Assembly (NCBI GenBank): GCA_004431415.1
Contig: QPMI01000255.1
Span: 40,641 to 104,640 of the forward strand
From: Cyanophora paradoxa CCMP329
Lineage: Eukaryota > Plantae > Glaucophyta
Direction of reading: 5' to 3'
DNA: 64,000 nucleotides
Positions 1 to 13,927 of this stretch are shown here, in pieces (the stretch's first letter is position 1; each line of letters starts with the position of its first letter). A program made the position numbers and the translations under genes. The notes under the pieces are model-generated. The model did not search any database, was not told the DNA's origin, and saw only the letters and a list, made by a program, of their open reading frames with translations.

Positions 1-3000
1 TCTCCGCCCGAGGCGGCCCGATAGTCCTTGAGCTCCGAGAGGTGTCTCTGTCGCCGGGGTCCTCGCTCAAGGTCACTCGAACCCGCGAGACGCCTGTCGC
101 GCGTCTCGGACCGCGCGTGCACGTGACGCGCGGCATCTGCAGGTCTACGACACATCGAACCCCCTGGATCCCGTGGAGCTGGGGCGCTTCGAGCTGCAGG
201 GGGTCCAGCGGGGCAGCTCCGTTGCCGTCACGTCGCCCTCCTCGAGGCTGCGCGTGGCCCTGCAGTGCGGGGTGGGGTCGCGCACGGGCAACTTCACCGC
301 CGCCGCCCGCTCGAGTGCGACCCAGTACTAGTCGCTCCGCAGCTCGGCGCACATTTACTGAAGCGACACATCGCGCGCGTGCGCGCAGCGTCCGGGGCCG
401 CCATCATCCTTCACGCGGACCTCGCACGCATGGAGGCCGATTTCGGCGACGTCTCCCAAATCGCGAGGCAGTACGTCGAGGACGACGAGTCGTGCATGGT
501 CTCCGGTGCGCCCTGCCTCCGCATGCTCACGTGTGCCCGGACGCGTCGCGGTTCCGCGCTTTGACGCGCCAAGCAGCGCCGCGTCGGTCGATGCTCGGCG
601 CTGCGGGGCTCCACGGATTCGACGTGAAGGCCGCCGTGCCGGGCGCGTTCCTCGTCGTCCCGGTGCGCCTCGCCTTCTGGGCCACCTCGCGGGACGCGTC
701 CGATGGGGGGCCGTGCACGTGCACGTGCAGCTGGGCGGGCTGCTGCAGGCGCGCGACCTGGGAGCGCCCTTCTACTTCAAGGCCTCCCTCTCCCTGACGA
801 CGCCGGCCGAGAGCGCCGCCCAGGCCCTCTCCACCGTCAGCGTCAGCCTCGGCAACGTCCCCCGCTCCCTCTGCGAGGAGGGCGCCCAGGCCTCCCTCCA
901 GCAGCTCCGCTCCTTCTTCTCCACCGACACCGGCCACCTCACGGTCCGCCCCGGGCCGGCCCGCCGCCCGCTCGCGCCGACGGGCCTGGGCGGGCGGCAG
1001 GGGGTCTCCGTCGCTCTGCGGCTCGACGGCAAAGCCCCTGCCGCCCCGCTGGCCCTCAGCCTGCGCCCCGCAGTGCTGGCCTTCGACGGGCGGCGGAACG
1101 GGGACAGCTTCTTCCCGGCGGTCATCGAGGCGCCCCCGAACCTCACCGACGCGACCTCACGCACGGGTCACTGGCGCCTGCACGTCTCGTACCTGCCCCG
1201 GCTGGCGGCCTCTGGCGACGCCTCAAAAGCGGCCGCCGAGCTCTCGTTCTACACCGAGCGCAACCAGCAGTCGACCGCCCTCCTGAGCCGGTGAGGCGCT
1301 CGAGCCCTTCGAGCTTTGATTCCGCGCGGCCGGTGCTCACTGTTGCTGCCTGCACCTGCGACAGGCGGGTGGTGCAGCACAACTTCGCAACCGTCCACGC
1401 GAACCTCGCACTCATCATCGGCGCACGCTCCCTCGTGTGCAGTTCCCCGCCACCTCGCGGCGTCTACTTATGTGCGCACAGTCTCCCGTGCGAGTGGAAG
1501 AGATCGCCGTCCTTCGCGCTGGAACCATCATTGCGGTCACTCGCAACTCGGGCCCCTTGTCAGGCGGCAATGTCGTCACCATTTCAGGGGAATTCCTCGG
1601 CGTGGAGGCCGAGCCTTCCGATGTGTACCGGGTCGACCTCTGTGGCGTTCCTGTCGATGCGATCGTTCGTCCCGCCCCGCCCGCCGTCGCTTGCGATTGC
1701 AGGCCAGTGACAACGGGGGCGGGCGGCGCAGCTGCACAGCTCGAGCTCGCAGGTCGTCGTGCGAGTCGGGGACGCGCGGCGGGCAGCGCTCTCGCAGCTG
1801 ACGGGGGAGGTCATCGTCTACTCGCGGCTCCTCTTCAGAACCACCAGCATGCCGGAGGCGTACACGTACCTGCCCCGTGCGCGACGCTTTCGTTCCGATT
1901 CCCCAGAGCGCACCGGGCTGCATGCGTGACCCTCACTGCAGCTGGGTCAATCGATTCCGTGGATCCCGCCTCGGGGCCGTACCACGGCGGAAACCGAGGT
2001 CCTTCACATTCAGATGGAAATGAATCCCTGAACCCTCTGACACGTACATTGACGTCGCCCGCAGTTACAATCAAAGGCAGGTTTTTCGCGGAGAACTGGG
2101 ATTCCATCTCGGCCGTCACATTCGGCGACTTCGTCGCCGAAATCCTCTATGAATTCGCGCCCAGCGATCGCCTGGTGGTCGTGCGGGCCCCGCCGGCGAA
2201 TGCGACGTTTGACGCGACCGTCCCGGTCTCCGTCCGCTCCGCCTCGCGCGGCTCCACCGACGTCCTTGCGTGCACCAGCTGCCTCTACAGATACAATCCA
2301 GGTGCAGAGGGCGCCGACCTGATGGCGGGACGGGCCCCCTAACGCCGCGCGCGCAGCGTGCCGAGTGACGGGGGCGGCGCCCAGCAACGGGCGGCTCTCG
2401 GGGGGCACCTCCGTGACGCTCCAGGGAGAGTTCTACGCCGGCACCGCCGCCTCGGACGCCGACCTGACCCTCGCCGGCGTCCCCGTCGCCAGCCTCGCCG
2501 GCCTCAACTTCGAGAGCCCGAGCACTCCCGTCAGCTCCCTCGTCGTCGTCACGCGACCCGCCCCCAACCCGCAGGACGGGAGCATCAACGCCACCTTCGC
2601 GAGCCACGGCGTCTGCCTCAAGGGGCCCGGCGCCGTCTGGACCTACAACCCGGAGCCCGTCCTCGCGTCCATCACGCCGGACCACGGGTCGCGGCACGAG
2701 GAGACGGCACGGGCTGTGATCAGGGGCGAGAACCTGGCGGCGGGCGCCGGCGACCTGGAGCTGGTGCGGCTGGTCTGTGAGGACGGCTCGGTGGTCGCCG
2801 GGGCCCCGCTCTCCGTGAACCTCACCCACGTGGAGGTCGCCTTCCCGCCACTGGCGAGCCGTGCGCAGACCTCGCGCAGCGCCACCGACTGCTCGCTGGA
2901 GATGCGCTCCACCAGCCGCGGCCGCGGCGAGCTGCCGCGCGCGTTCCGCTACCACGCCTCGCCCGGCCTCTACGGCTCGCGGCTGCTGGAGGCGGGGGCG

Positions 3001-6000
3001 GAGGGGAGGGCGACCACCGTCCAGCTCTCCCTCGTCGACGTCGACCTCGACACCGCCATCATCACCGTCTGCGGCCTCCCCTGCGTTTTCTCCGACCGAG
3101 GCCTCCCCATCGACCTGCGGAACGGGTCGGTACAAGTCACCGCCGACGTGTTGGGGTGCGCGTGTGCATGCGCCTGATTTCCGAGCTTGTTTTGCGTTGG
3201 GATGACGCTCGGGGTCGCAGCCTTCCCTCGGGTCTGGCGCTGAATTTCGCCTCCACCTTCGTTGCAATCCAGAGCCAGGCCGTGCCCTTCTGCTCCGTCC
3301 GCTTCATCTCCCCTTCCTCCGCAGCTCTGGACGGCGGCGCTCCCACGCAGCTCACCATCGCGTACGCGTCCAGCCTTGCTAGCGCGACGGCAATTGTGTC
3401 GCGCGTCTTTCTCGCGGGCGTCGAGGCGACCGTGAAGCCCCACGACCCCGGCGCCTCGGCCATCGGGGTGCTGGTCGGGAAATCGGATCGCACGCTCTCC
3501 TCTGACGCGTCCGGTCCCGTCCTTGCTATGCTGGGGAGCGGCCAGTGGTGCTCCCGCGCGCCCTTCAACGCCGATTTCGCGTACCGCGGGAAGGGCTCCC
3601 TGCTCCGCATCCTCCCCATCCACGGTCCCAACGCGGGCGGCGTGCGCGCGCGTCGCGCTTGCTGATTGCGAGATCTAGCTATATATAGAGCGAGCTCAAG
3701 AATATCCAGCTTGATTTGTTTCTGCCTGCGCAGTTCCCTGTGACGATCGTTGGATGTGACATGGCCGAAGGCGCCAGCGACGTCGAATCTGTTCAGTTCC
3801 AGTGCAAGGGCGAGGCTGCAGCTGGCGGGGCGGCGCCCCCACCGTACAACGTCACTTTCGGCTCTTCCGACTACACCTGGCGGGATGTCTGGACGGCCGA
3901 GGAGACGGCCGCAGTCGCATCTGTCAACGCGACTTGCGGGACGGCTGTTCGGAAAGTTCTCGCAATCAAGGCTGTCCCAACCGCCACCCTCTCTGCTTTC
4001 ACGGAATGCAGCGTGGAAGTGAAGTCCTACGTGCGCGGCCGCATTGTCTCAACGGAACCGTTTAAGTATCACGCAAGTGCGCGGATGCCGCTGCAGGCCG
4101 TTGACGCAAATTCGTCCGTTGACGCAAATTCCTCCGCAGTCGCCCGACTGACACAAGAGCCCAGTCTTATGAAGGGATACCTCGACGGGGGGACGATTAT
4201 CACCCTCACCGGGACTGACTTGATCTTAACCGCGGGGACTCAGGCGACTGCACTTGTGGCCGGCATCTCAGCGAAGATCGTTTTGCGCACTGTTCTGAGC
4301 GAGGTGCGCGGAGAAATGCAGGTGGTCCTGAACACAAGCCGGTCCGTTTGCGATATCAATTGCACTAGCGCTGCGAGCTCCTTCCTTCACGTTCTTGCGC
4401 TCGTTGATCGGCGACTTAGGGTTGATGAAGCTACGCTGGACCTGTCTTCTAGCGCAAATGGAGTAACGGGCCCAATCGTCCTTTCGTCCGGAGGCAGATC
4501 CTTCTCCAGTTCGGGCAACTTCACGTATCGGGTGCCCTGCGTATCCGTACGTCTCCTTCGATTCGGGACGCTCACGGCGTGACGCCAGGGGATCTACCGG
4601 GCGCGGCCGTCCCTCATGGCGCTGGACAGCAAGGACCGGCAGCTGACGGTCTCGGGGATCGACCTCCTCTCCGACGGCCTCACCAGCGACGCCCGCCGCC
4701 CCCGCGTCTGGGTCGCCGGCCTCGAGGTCCCCGTCCAGATCGACGACAGCCTCGGCCTCGAGCGCGCCGCCCTCCGCGCCACCCTCCCCAACGCGACCGC
4801 CCTCTACAGCGCCGGCATCGACACCGGCCCCGCCGAGATTGTCGTGCAGCTCGCCCGCGACGGCGCTCAGCTCACGACACGGCGCCAGCGAGCCCTCCAG
4901 TTCGTGGGCATCAAGAGTGTCACGCCGGACGTCGGCTCGACGGAGGGCGGCGAGACGCTCACCGTCACCGGCAACTACATCACACCCTCCGCAGACCCCG
5001 CAAGCTACGTCGTGAGCCTCGTCAGCGCCGACGGGAGCGCGACGCTACCATTGACCGTCGCGGAAGTGCGCACCAACTCCTCGAGCATTGTCGTCCTCGT
5101 CCCCCGCGCCTCGGAGACGGCCTCGGTGCGGGTCCCCTCCGGACTCTACGACCTTGCCATCTCCGCCCGGACGGCGGCCGGCGAGGCCGCCTCGGACTTC
5201 AGCAGGCCATCCCTCTTCACGATGTTCGGCATCGACCGCGTCGCCCCCGAGTGGGGCCCCCTCGATGGCGGCACGCCCCTGACCCTCACCGGGCGCTGGC
5301 CCGCAGGCCCTCTCACCTGCTCCGTCAAGGGCGTCCCGGCTGCCCTGGACGCGGTGGCCTCCGGCGTTCCCCTCGCCTCGGGGACCGTCGTTGCAGCGGC
5401 GGCGGGAGCGGTCGTCATCAGAACAGGGAGCGCCCGGGCGGCGAATGTGGCGACCGGATACGGGACGGTCAGCTGCCGTGCAGCTGCGGGAACAATGAGC
5501 GTATCCTCCCACTTCACATCGTTCATGTACACCGGAGTGCATGACATTCAGCCGAAGTCCGTCCCCCTCTCGGATGTAAAAACGGTGCGCTGGCCCTGGA
5601 ATTCAATTCTATCGAGTTCCAGTCAATTTTCCAAGCAAACACTGGAGCTCACTACGAATTCGTCGCAGGTCACACTTTTCGGAGCGCGGCTCTTCTCATA
5701 CGACCAGACGGAGGCCCCGCGCGTGACAGTGACCATGGACGGAGATCCGCAGCGCTCTTTGCAGCTGGGATCCGGTGGAACTTCAAAAGCCCTGCTCTTG
5801 TCCAATACATCCGCCAGCGGTGTCCATGTGAGTCGCTGCTGCCGATCGCGAGTCCTTTGATAGGAAGCGGCCTGTGATTGATTTACCACAGGAACTTTAT
5901 GTGACGATTCCGGACACGTCTTCCCTCGGAACTGGCTTCCTCACTTTCACAATAGACAGCGCGCTGTTTGGTGTGACGCACGACAGCCCGGCAATTGAAG

Positions 6001-9000
6001 CTGAAGTCTGGGGAATAGATCGAGTCTCACCCTCGGAAGGTGCGTTAAAATTCGCTGCTCGATATCGATGTCACGATCGTGCACCAAAACACATGCACAA
6101 ATGCATCCGCTTTCAGGCTCAGTGCGCGGCGGCGACCGCGTGACCCTCGTTGGGAGAAACATGCTCCTTGGCTCCGTGGCCGCTCAGCTCCACTCGTTCT
6201 TGATCGGGGGCCTGCCAGCGACACTCGCATCCGACATACAGATAGCTGCCAGTGGCGTCCAGCGCATTGTGGTCGTCACTGCGTCATCGTGCGACAACCT
6301 CCAGTCGGACAGATCGTCGGGTGGCTTGGTGGCCGTGCAAATCGCTTCCGGCGCGTCCGGGTCGCGGCTGAAGCGGGACCGAATGTTCACCTACTTCGGG
6401 CGCTGCCCGTCAGCGAGCAGCACGGACGGGCAGGAACCCGACGCAGGGTTAACGGAGTACGATGATGGGCACACCTTCGTGTTCACATTGGCCCTCCCGT
6501 TCGAGAAGGCGCTTGCCGACCGGACGCAGTACATTGAGCTGCTGCTGCAGCGGGTAGCGCAGGCGCTCGGGGTGGCGCGGGGCGACGTCCGCGTCTCGCT
6601 GCTGGTAAAGGGGTCCACGAAGTTCCTCGTGCAGGCGACCAGCGCCGCCGCGCGCGCAAGCATCGACGCCGCCTTCCAGGTGCGGCCCTCTCTTCGCCTT
6701 CGACGTTTCCAAGTGCCCACTCTCCTCGCGCTCGTAGGAGCTGGCCTCGAGCGCGTCTGGCAGCCTCGCTCCTGCCATGAACATCGAAGTCGACGGCTAC
6801 GGGCTGACTGCGGCGCCGGTTGCCGTCAGCGGCACAGCCGTGTTGCCGACGCGCTGGGCGTGCGGCGAAAATTACGCCGCCGGCGACGGCTGCGACTGCG
6901 GCTGCGGCGTCTTCGATCCCGACTGCGCCTCAGAGCCGGGTGTCTCCAATAATGACATCGTCTGCTCGGCGGGTGGCTCGCGGTGCGCGAATGCGTCTCC
7001 GAATTCGACCTGCCGGTCGGCACCGGTATTAATATTGATGTCGCATCTTGGCGCAGGTATTCAGCCTATTCCCGAAGCAACGGCGCGGAGCTCGCGGGGC
7101 CCTGCACGTACTGCCCGATTGTGCCTCCGGATGCTCGGTCCCGCACGCAGGCCGCAGCCGACAGCCGAGCGCACCGATACGTTTGGTACTCGCCACTGCG
7201 CTGCTCTTCGGAGACCGACAGTTGCTACGGGGGGGACGACATGGTCAACGACGGCTCCTTCCTGCGGCCCTTCGAGAGCGTCGCGCGGGCGCTCGAGGGG
7301 CTCGCGGCCAACGCGACGGTCCACCTTCTCCCCGGCAGGCACAGGTGGACGGCGTGCGACGAGGGCTTCTGGGCGCACGTCAGCGACGGTGGGCGCGCCC
7401 TCGACCTCGAGATCGCCTCCCTCAGCGGCGCCTCCTTCACAATCGTGGAGGTCGAGCGCGGCTGCGGCTTCCTTAGCGTCGCCTTCTCTCACCCTGACAG
7501 CCGCCTGAGAATCTCCGGCTTGCGCTTCTCGGGTGGAGGAGGCGCTCCCCTCCTGCAACTCTCCCTGGCGGACGGGGCGCGAGCCACAATTGACGGATCT
7601 GTCTTCGACGGGTCCTCCTTCAGAGCCGAGCCGGCATCCATGAGTGCACAAGCCGTCATAACCCTCGACGGCGGTGCACTCTTCAACGTGTCCAACACCG
7701 TGTTCAGAAGCTTCACTGCGGCAGCCACAAGCAGCGTAGTTGCCGTCACCCGTGTCAGGACGCTGCTGCTTGACGGCATAACGTTCATCAAAAACGCTCT
7801 GCGGGGCCCAGGTGTGGCTCTGTCGGCGTCAACCGTCGGCAGCCTCGTTATTCGCAGGAGCACCTTTGCCGACAATACGGCAAACTCGTGCGTGCAACCC
7901 GACCCGTTGCATCTATCGCGTCTGACTCGAAAAACACGCAAAGAACTTCGGGAGGGGCGATTCTCGCAAGCGTTGTCTCGGCAGAGGTCGCCGACAGCAG
8001 TTTTATGCGAAACGTGGCCGGAGCTGGCACCTTGTCGGAAGAAGCTGCAGCTGGGCAATCGCTCCTGGAAGGCGGCGCAGCGCTTGCTTTGATTCTTCGG
8101 GCGCGGGAAGCAAAGGTGCTGCGTTATCCGTATTTTATTCAAAGAGCCTGCCCGAGCTTTCACTCGCAGGCGACGCTGCGGAATTGCTCTTTCTCAGATA
8201 ACCGCGCCTCGAGCGAGATGGTGGCCGCGCCCGCAGCAGGAGGCGCCGTCGGCGTCCGCGACACAACTAACTCCGTCCCGTCTACAAGCACGGTACTCAT
8301 TGAATCTTGCACTTTCTCGAACAACAAGGTTCGCCAAAGCCCGCCCATGGATATCGATCGTCAACGATTGCGCTTGCGATGTATGATATCGGTCCCCATG
8401 AAACAGGCTCCGCGGATCGGTGGCGCCATGGCAATCGCTGATGTCGGAAACGCAACTGTCGTCGACTCTGTATTTAACGGAAACAGCGGCGAATGGTGCC
8501 CCTGCGGAGACGGCGCGTCTGGCGGTGGCTCCTCGAGATTCGAGTTTGGAGGCGGGGCTGTGTACGTCGGTGGACGCGCATCCGGCAGGAGGCTCGCCGT
8601 CATCAACTCCATCTTCGCAAACAATTCGGACACGGGCTGCAGCGCCCTGGCTGCAGGCAGCGAGCAGTTTGGCGGTGGCGCCATTCTCGCCAAGCAGCTC
8701 GCCGCGCTCGTCGTTCGGGGAACGGCTTTCGCGGCCAATCGCGCGAGCGGTGCAGGAGGGGCGATCCTCCTGGCCGGCTCCTCGTCCGACGGGGGCGACC
8801 CGCTCACCGTCGACATCGAGTGGAGCCGATTCGAAAACTGCACCTCAGCGCAGAGCGGGGGGGCCCTGCTCGTCCCGGACTACGCCAGCCAGCTCTCGCT
8901 CGTTGCGTCGTCCTTCGAGCGCTGCTCGAGCCTCGTGGAAGGCGGAGCCGTCTCCTCGAAGGCCACCACGACATCGGTGGACGCGTGCACGTTCCTCCGC

Positions 9001-12000
9001 TGCGGTGCGGAGGGGCGCACGCTTGGGGCGTCTCTTTACATCGAGCACCGCTCCTCGTCGAGGCTGCGGGCGAGCACTTTCATTGGGGGGAGGGGCCGCC
9101 AAGGCGGTGCGATCTACTTTGCGGCCGGCGACCTTGCGGCGGCGGTGCCTCTTGCCGCCGAGGGGGCGTCTGGGACGTGCAGCCCAAGCTCGCAGCCGGC
9201 GGCGGCGAGCTCCGCGCGCGAGTCTTCAGCGGGCGCTGTGACCCTCGAGGACCTGACGTTGACGGACTCTAGAACGACGGACTACGGCGGGGCCCTTGTC
9301 CTCGAAGGGCTGCTCCAGCTGCAGGCCAGCAACGTGCGAATATCTCATGCAGCGAGCGGGACGAAGGGCGGGGCGGTGTACGTCGACTCGGAGAGCACGT
9401 CCAACGATGTCCTCTTCCGGGACTCGAGCTTCAGCGAGTGCTCGGCCTTCACCGGCGGCTGCGTCTTCGTCGCCAACTCCGAGGCGCTCCGCTTCGAGAA
9501 CGTGACCCTCGCCGGCGGCCAGTCGCAGGAGAACGGGGGCGGCCTCGCCATGGACGACGGGTCGGCCACCTGCCACCGCTGCCTCTTCCGGGACTGCCAG
9601 GCGGAGAGCGGGGGCGCCGTGTACGTCACCGGATTCGCCTCCTTCGAGATGGCCAACTCCACGGCCCTCTCGTCCACCGCTCGTCAGGACGGTGCGCAGC
9701 CGCCGCCGTCGGTTCGCTAACTTGCAATAGCACCTCTGACCGCCTCGTCGCGCAGGGGGTGCGATCGTGGCAAACGGGCAAGCGACGCTGCGGTTGACGA
9801 AGTCGCTCATTTCCGGGGCCCAGGCGGTCAGCGGACGGGGCGGCGGCCTCTTCTGCACCAAGCAGTCGCGCTGCTTGCTCCAGAACTCTTTAGTGGCCGA
9901 ATCTGTGGCGAAGAGCGGCGGCTGCGTGGCAGTGCATGCGACCGGCTCGATCTCGTTCGTGCACGGCCTGATGTCGGGGTGCCGCTCGGAGCTCCAGGGC
10001 GGGTGCGTCAACGCGCAGGGCGAGCCGCTCTCGGGGCACACGCACCTTCGCCTCGAGGGCTCCAACGTGACGGGCTGCGTGGCTGGGATCGCCGGCGGCG
10101 GCGTCGCGTCCAGCGAGCGCGCCGTCGTTCGCGTCGCACAGTGCTCTTTTGTAGAGAACGTCGCCGGCCAGGCCGCTCTGGCCGGCAGCACCGGCGGAGG
10201 AGAAACCCAGGTCGGCGACGCGGGGGCCCTGCATGCCGCTGGGCAGTCTCTCGTCGCGGTCTCTTCGACGGTGTTCGTTGGCAATACCGCGCGGCGACGC
10301 GGCGGCGCTCTCGCGACCGATGCCTACGCCACAGTATCCGTTAACGGATCGACTTTCAAGTACAACCGAGCAGGTACTTTTAATATAAATATTTATGAGA
10401 GTGGAGAGACCAGCGTTGTCGCACGACTCGGCAAACATCGGCCAAGCTGAGCTTGCGCAGGGGATGGAGGCGTTCTGCACTCGTCGGGCGCCTTCGTCGA
10501 GCTTCGGCTCTGCACGGGGGCGCACAACTTCGCATCGCGGGGCGGGGCCGTGTTCGCGTCCAGGGGGAACCTCACCCTGGACTCGACGACCCTGGAGGAG
10601 AACGTCGCGGGCCAGCACGGCGGCGGCCTCTTCGTGGAGCCACAGGCGTGCGACGCCCTGACGCTGCGCGACGCCGCCCTGCTGCGCAACAACGCGCACG
10701 AGGGCGGCGGCGGCGTCTTCTACAGCGCGCGCGACCTCTCCACCTGCGGCCTCTTCTCGCCCGAGGCGTGCAGGCAGTACTCCGAGAACACGGCCGGCTA
10801 CGGCGCGGCGTGCGCCGCGCCGCCTCGGCGCATCGTCCCGACGCTCTTGACGGAGCCGATCGGGGTGGCGAGCGCCAAGCCCCTCCTGATACAGGTGATG
10901 ATGGAGGATGCGTACGGGTGCGCAATTGCACCCCCTCCCCCGTCGGCGCCCCATATATATGCGCGCTCTGATGCGCGCCCCGCCAGCCAAACCGTCACAG
11001 ATTCCGGGCCCCTAGCCCAGGTGTCCGCTGTTTCCGGTAGCTTGAGCTTCGTGTCGGGTGCGCGAGCTGCACTTCCGTCCCAAAATTGTATTGATCGCGG
11101 TCGCGGCTGAGCACGGCGAGCGCAGGGACGACGGTCAACGCGACGTCCAAGGGCGTGGCGCTGCTCTCTGACGTACGGCTTACAGACATGCCGGGGGGCG
11201 CCTACAACGTCTCTGTCTCCGTGGCCGACCGGCAGCTCGAGCCGGTCCTCCTCAGCGTCTTCCTCCGCAAGTGCATTCCGGGCGAGATCCATGACAGGGT
11301 CGCCCGTATCTGCTCCGAATGGTACGTATACGTATACGGAATTGCAGTAACTGATCTACTGTTTAAACTCGCTGAATTGTTCGTCGATCTGCAGCGGCCC
11401 GAACTTCTTCAGCCTGAATCCCGACGACGCGTCCTGCAACAGATGTGTTGAGGGCGCGGTCTGCGAGGGAGGGGCGGTCATCTACGCCAAACCGTGCGCT
11501 GTTCGATTTCATCAACATCGCTGCTCGCTGCCCGCACGGCTTCTGACACGCGCTGGCAGTGGCTGGTTCCAGAGCGAGTACGACCCCTCCATGTTCATCG
11601 AGTGCCCGAACGGCGAAGAGAGTTGCCTGGGCGGAAAGCCGCAGGAGCTCTTGCAGCAAACACCGACGCTAGCAACTGAGTGCGGGAGCGACGCATCGGG
11701 GGCGGCAAACAGCTCTTCAAACTCGACGGCGTGCATACGACGGCGCAGGCTCTCCGGGGCGACCGCTGTGGCCGGCGGCGCTCAGCTCGAGGTCCCAGCG
11801 CCGGCGTTCCGGACGGCGTGCCAGTCGGGCTACCGCGGACCGCTCTGCGGCTCGTGCGGGACGGGCTTCGGGAGGGCCGGCGAGTTCGCCTGCTCCAAGT
11901 GCCAGTCTGCCGCCATGTCCGCCGTCATCGGCATCTCCGCTGCCATCGCCTTCCTCTTCTTCGCCGGGTCAGTCCTTCCCGCGGCATTTGTCGTGCACCT

Positions 12001-13878
12001 TGGGAACAATTTCGCGCACGCACGCGTTTTTGGGACTTTCCGGCAAATTTAGGACACTTTCTCAAAACTCTGGGGGACATTGTCAACCGCATTTGCGTGC
12101 CTAGAAATTATGATATTAATCTCGGGTGCATTCGAGCGATTTTGCGCTGTTTAAGGGCACTTTCGCGCAAGTCTGAGGCATTTCGCGCTAATTCGGGACA
12201 CTTTCGCGCACATATCGTGCACTTTTGCACTTCAGTGCAAGCATAAAGCGCTTTCACAGGATTCACGGCTGCCGGGGCGCCACTGACTGGCGGGGCAGGT
12301 ACATCACGTGGACGACGATCCTGGACGCGAGCAACAAGGACGAGGAGGAGAAGCGAGGCCTCTTCCTGCAGATCCTCCTGGAGTTCCTCCAGCTGACGAC
12401 CCTCACGAAGCGGCTCTCCGTCCGCTGGCCATCCGTCCTCAACGGCCTCTTCGAGTCGGAAGAGGCGATGGTGCGCCCACCACAGCGTTGACGCCGACCA
12501 TGCGCATCTCTCGAACGCAAACGAGCGCCTTCGAATTCGATCCGGCCGTGACCGTCGGGGGCGTGCAGGTGAGCCCGACAGAGCAGGTCGTGAACCTGGA
12601 CTGCCTCCTGGGGCTCAGCCGCAACGACCAGTCCCGCCCCATCCGCACCATCTACATCAAACTCTTGTCCGCAGCAGCCCTCGCTTGCATGCCACGCTGC
12701 CCCGCGCGCGTGACAGCTAACCGGCGCTTGTAACTGCAGGTTCTACCTCCTGCTCCCGCTCGCTTCCTTCCGTGCGTTTCGCGAGAATTCGCAGCTTTGT
12801 CGACTCTCGGGTGCTCATAGAACTCCGTCTCTCGCAGTGATCCCGGTGTTGCTTGCGATCCTCGTGCCCCTTATGCACATCATGGCACAGCACGCGCGGC
12901 GGTGGGTGACGGCCCTGCTCCATCTCCTGCGGCTGAAGCGCGCGGCGAGCAACGATCACCGCAAGCTGGCGCTGCGCGGGACCCACTCGTCTTCGGCGAT
13001 GATGCTGGACAAGCTCTCCGGGATGAAGATCTACAGCGCGCAGTGGTGGGCCGGCACCAAGCACATCTACGTCGTCGGCTGCATCGTCCTCATCTTCTTC
13101 TTCCAGGTGCACTAGTACTGACGGAATATGACTTCGGCGCATCGAGTCTATTCTAATTTCGAGTCCGTTCACCGCTGACGCTTCGATGCGTCCGCAACGC
13201 AGCCGATGGTCATCGCACGCCTCACCTCCTTCTTTGGTGCTCACGCAACCCGAAGCGGCCCCTGGCCACGCACATGGCGCATGCTCACGTGCGCTCACGC
13301 ACAGGCTGCGTGAACATCGGCGGGGGCGTCTGGGTGTTAGCACAGGACTCGAGCATCGACTGCTCCTCCGCCGAGTACCGCACCTGGATCTTCGGCGTCA
13401 ACGTGCCCCTCCTCATGTGCGCCCCGTCTGCCGCCTCTGAAATCCCTCCGGGCGCTGCCCGCTGATCGCGAGCGCTGCGGGGCAGCTTCTACGGGCTGGG
13501 CATCCCGGCCGGGTTCGCCCTCTTCCTCTACCGGTACCGGGAGCGCATCCGGAACGACAGCGACGGCGACTTCCGCCTCTTCTTCTCCTTCCTCTACCGC
13601 GTCCGCCGCGCCCGCCCTCGAACCCCGCCGCAATGATTTCAGAGCGCGCGCCTCACGCGCCCCGCCCGCGAAACAGGGCTACGATCGGGAGCACTTCTAC
13701 TTTGCGTTCGTTCCCCCCCCCCCCCCCCCCCCCCCACTTCCGCCTCTTCTTCTCCTTCCTCTACCGCGTCCGCCGCGCCCGCCCTCGAACCCCGCCGCAA
13801 TGATTTCAGAGCGCGCGCCTCACGCGCCCCGCCCGCGAAACAGGGCTACGATCGGGAGCACTTCTACTTTGCGTTCGT

Positions 13879-13927
<49 letters not shown>

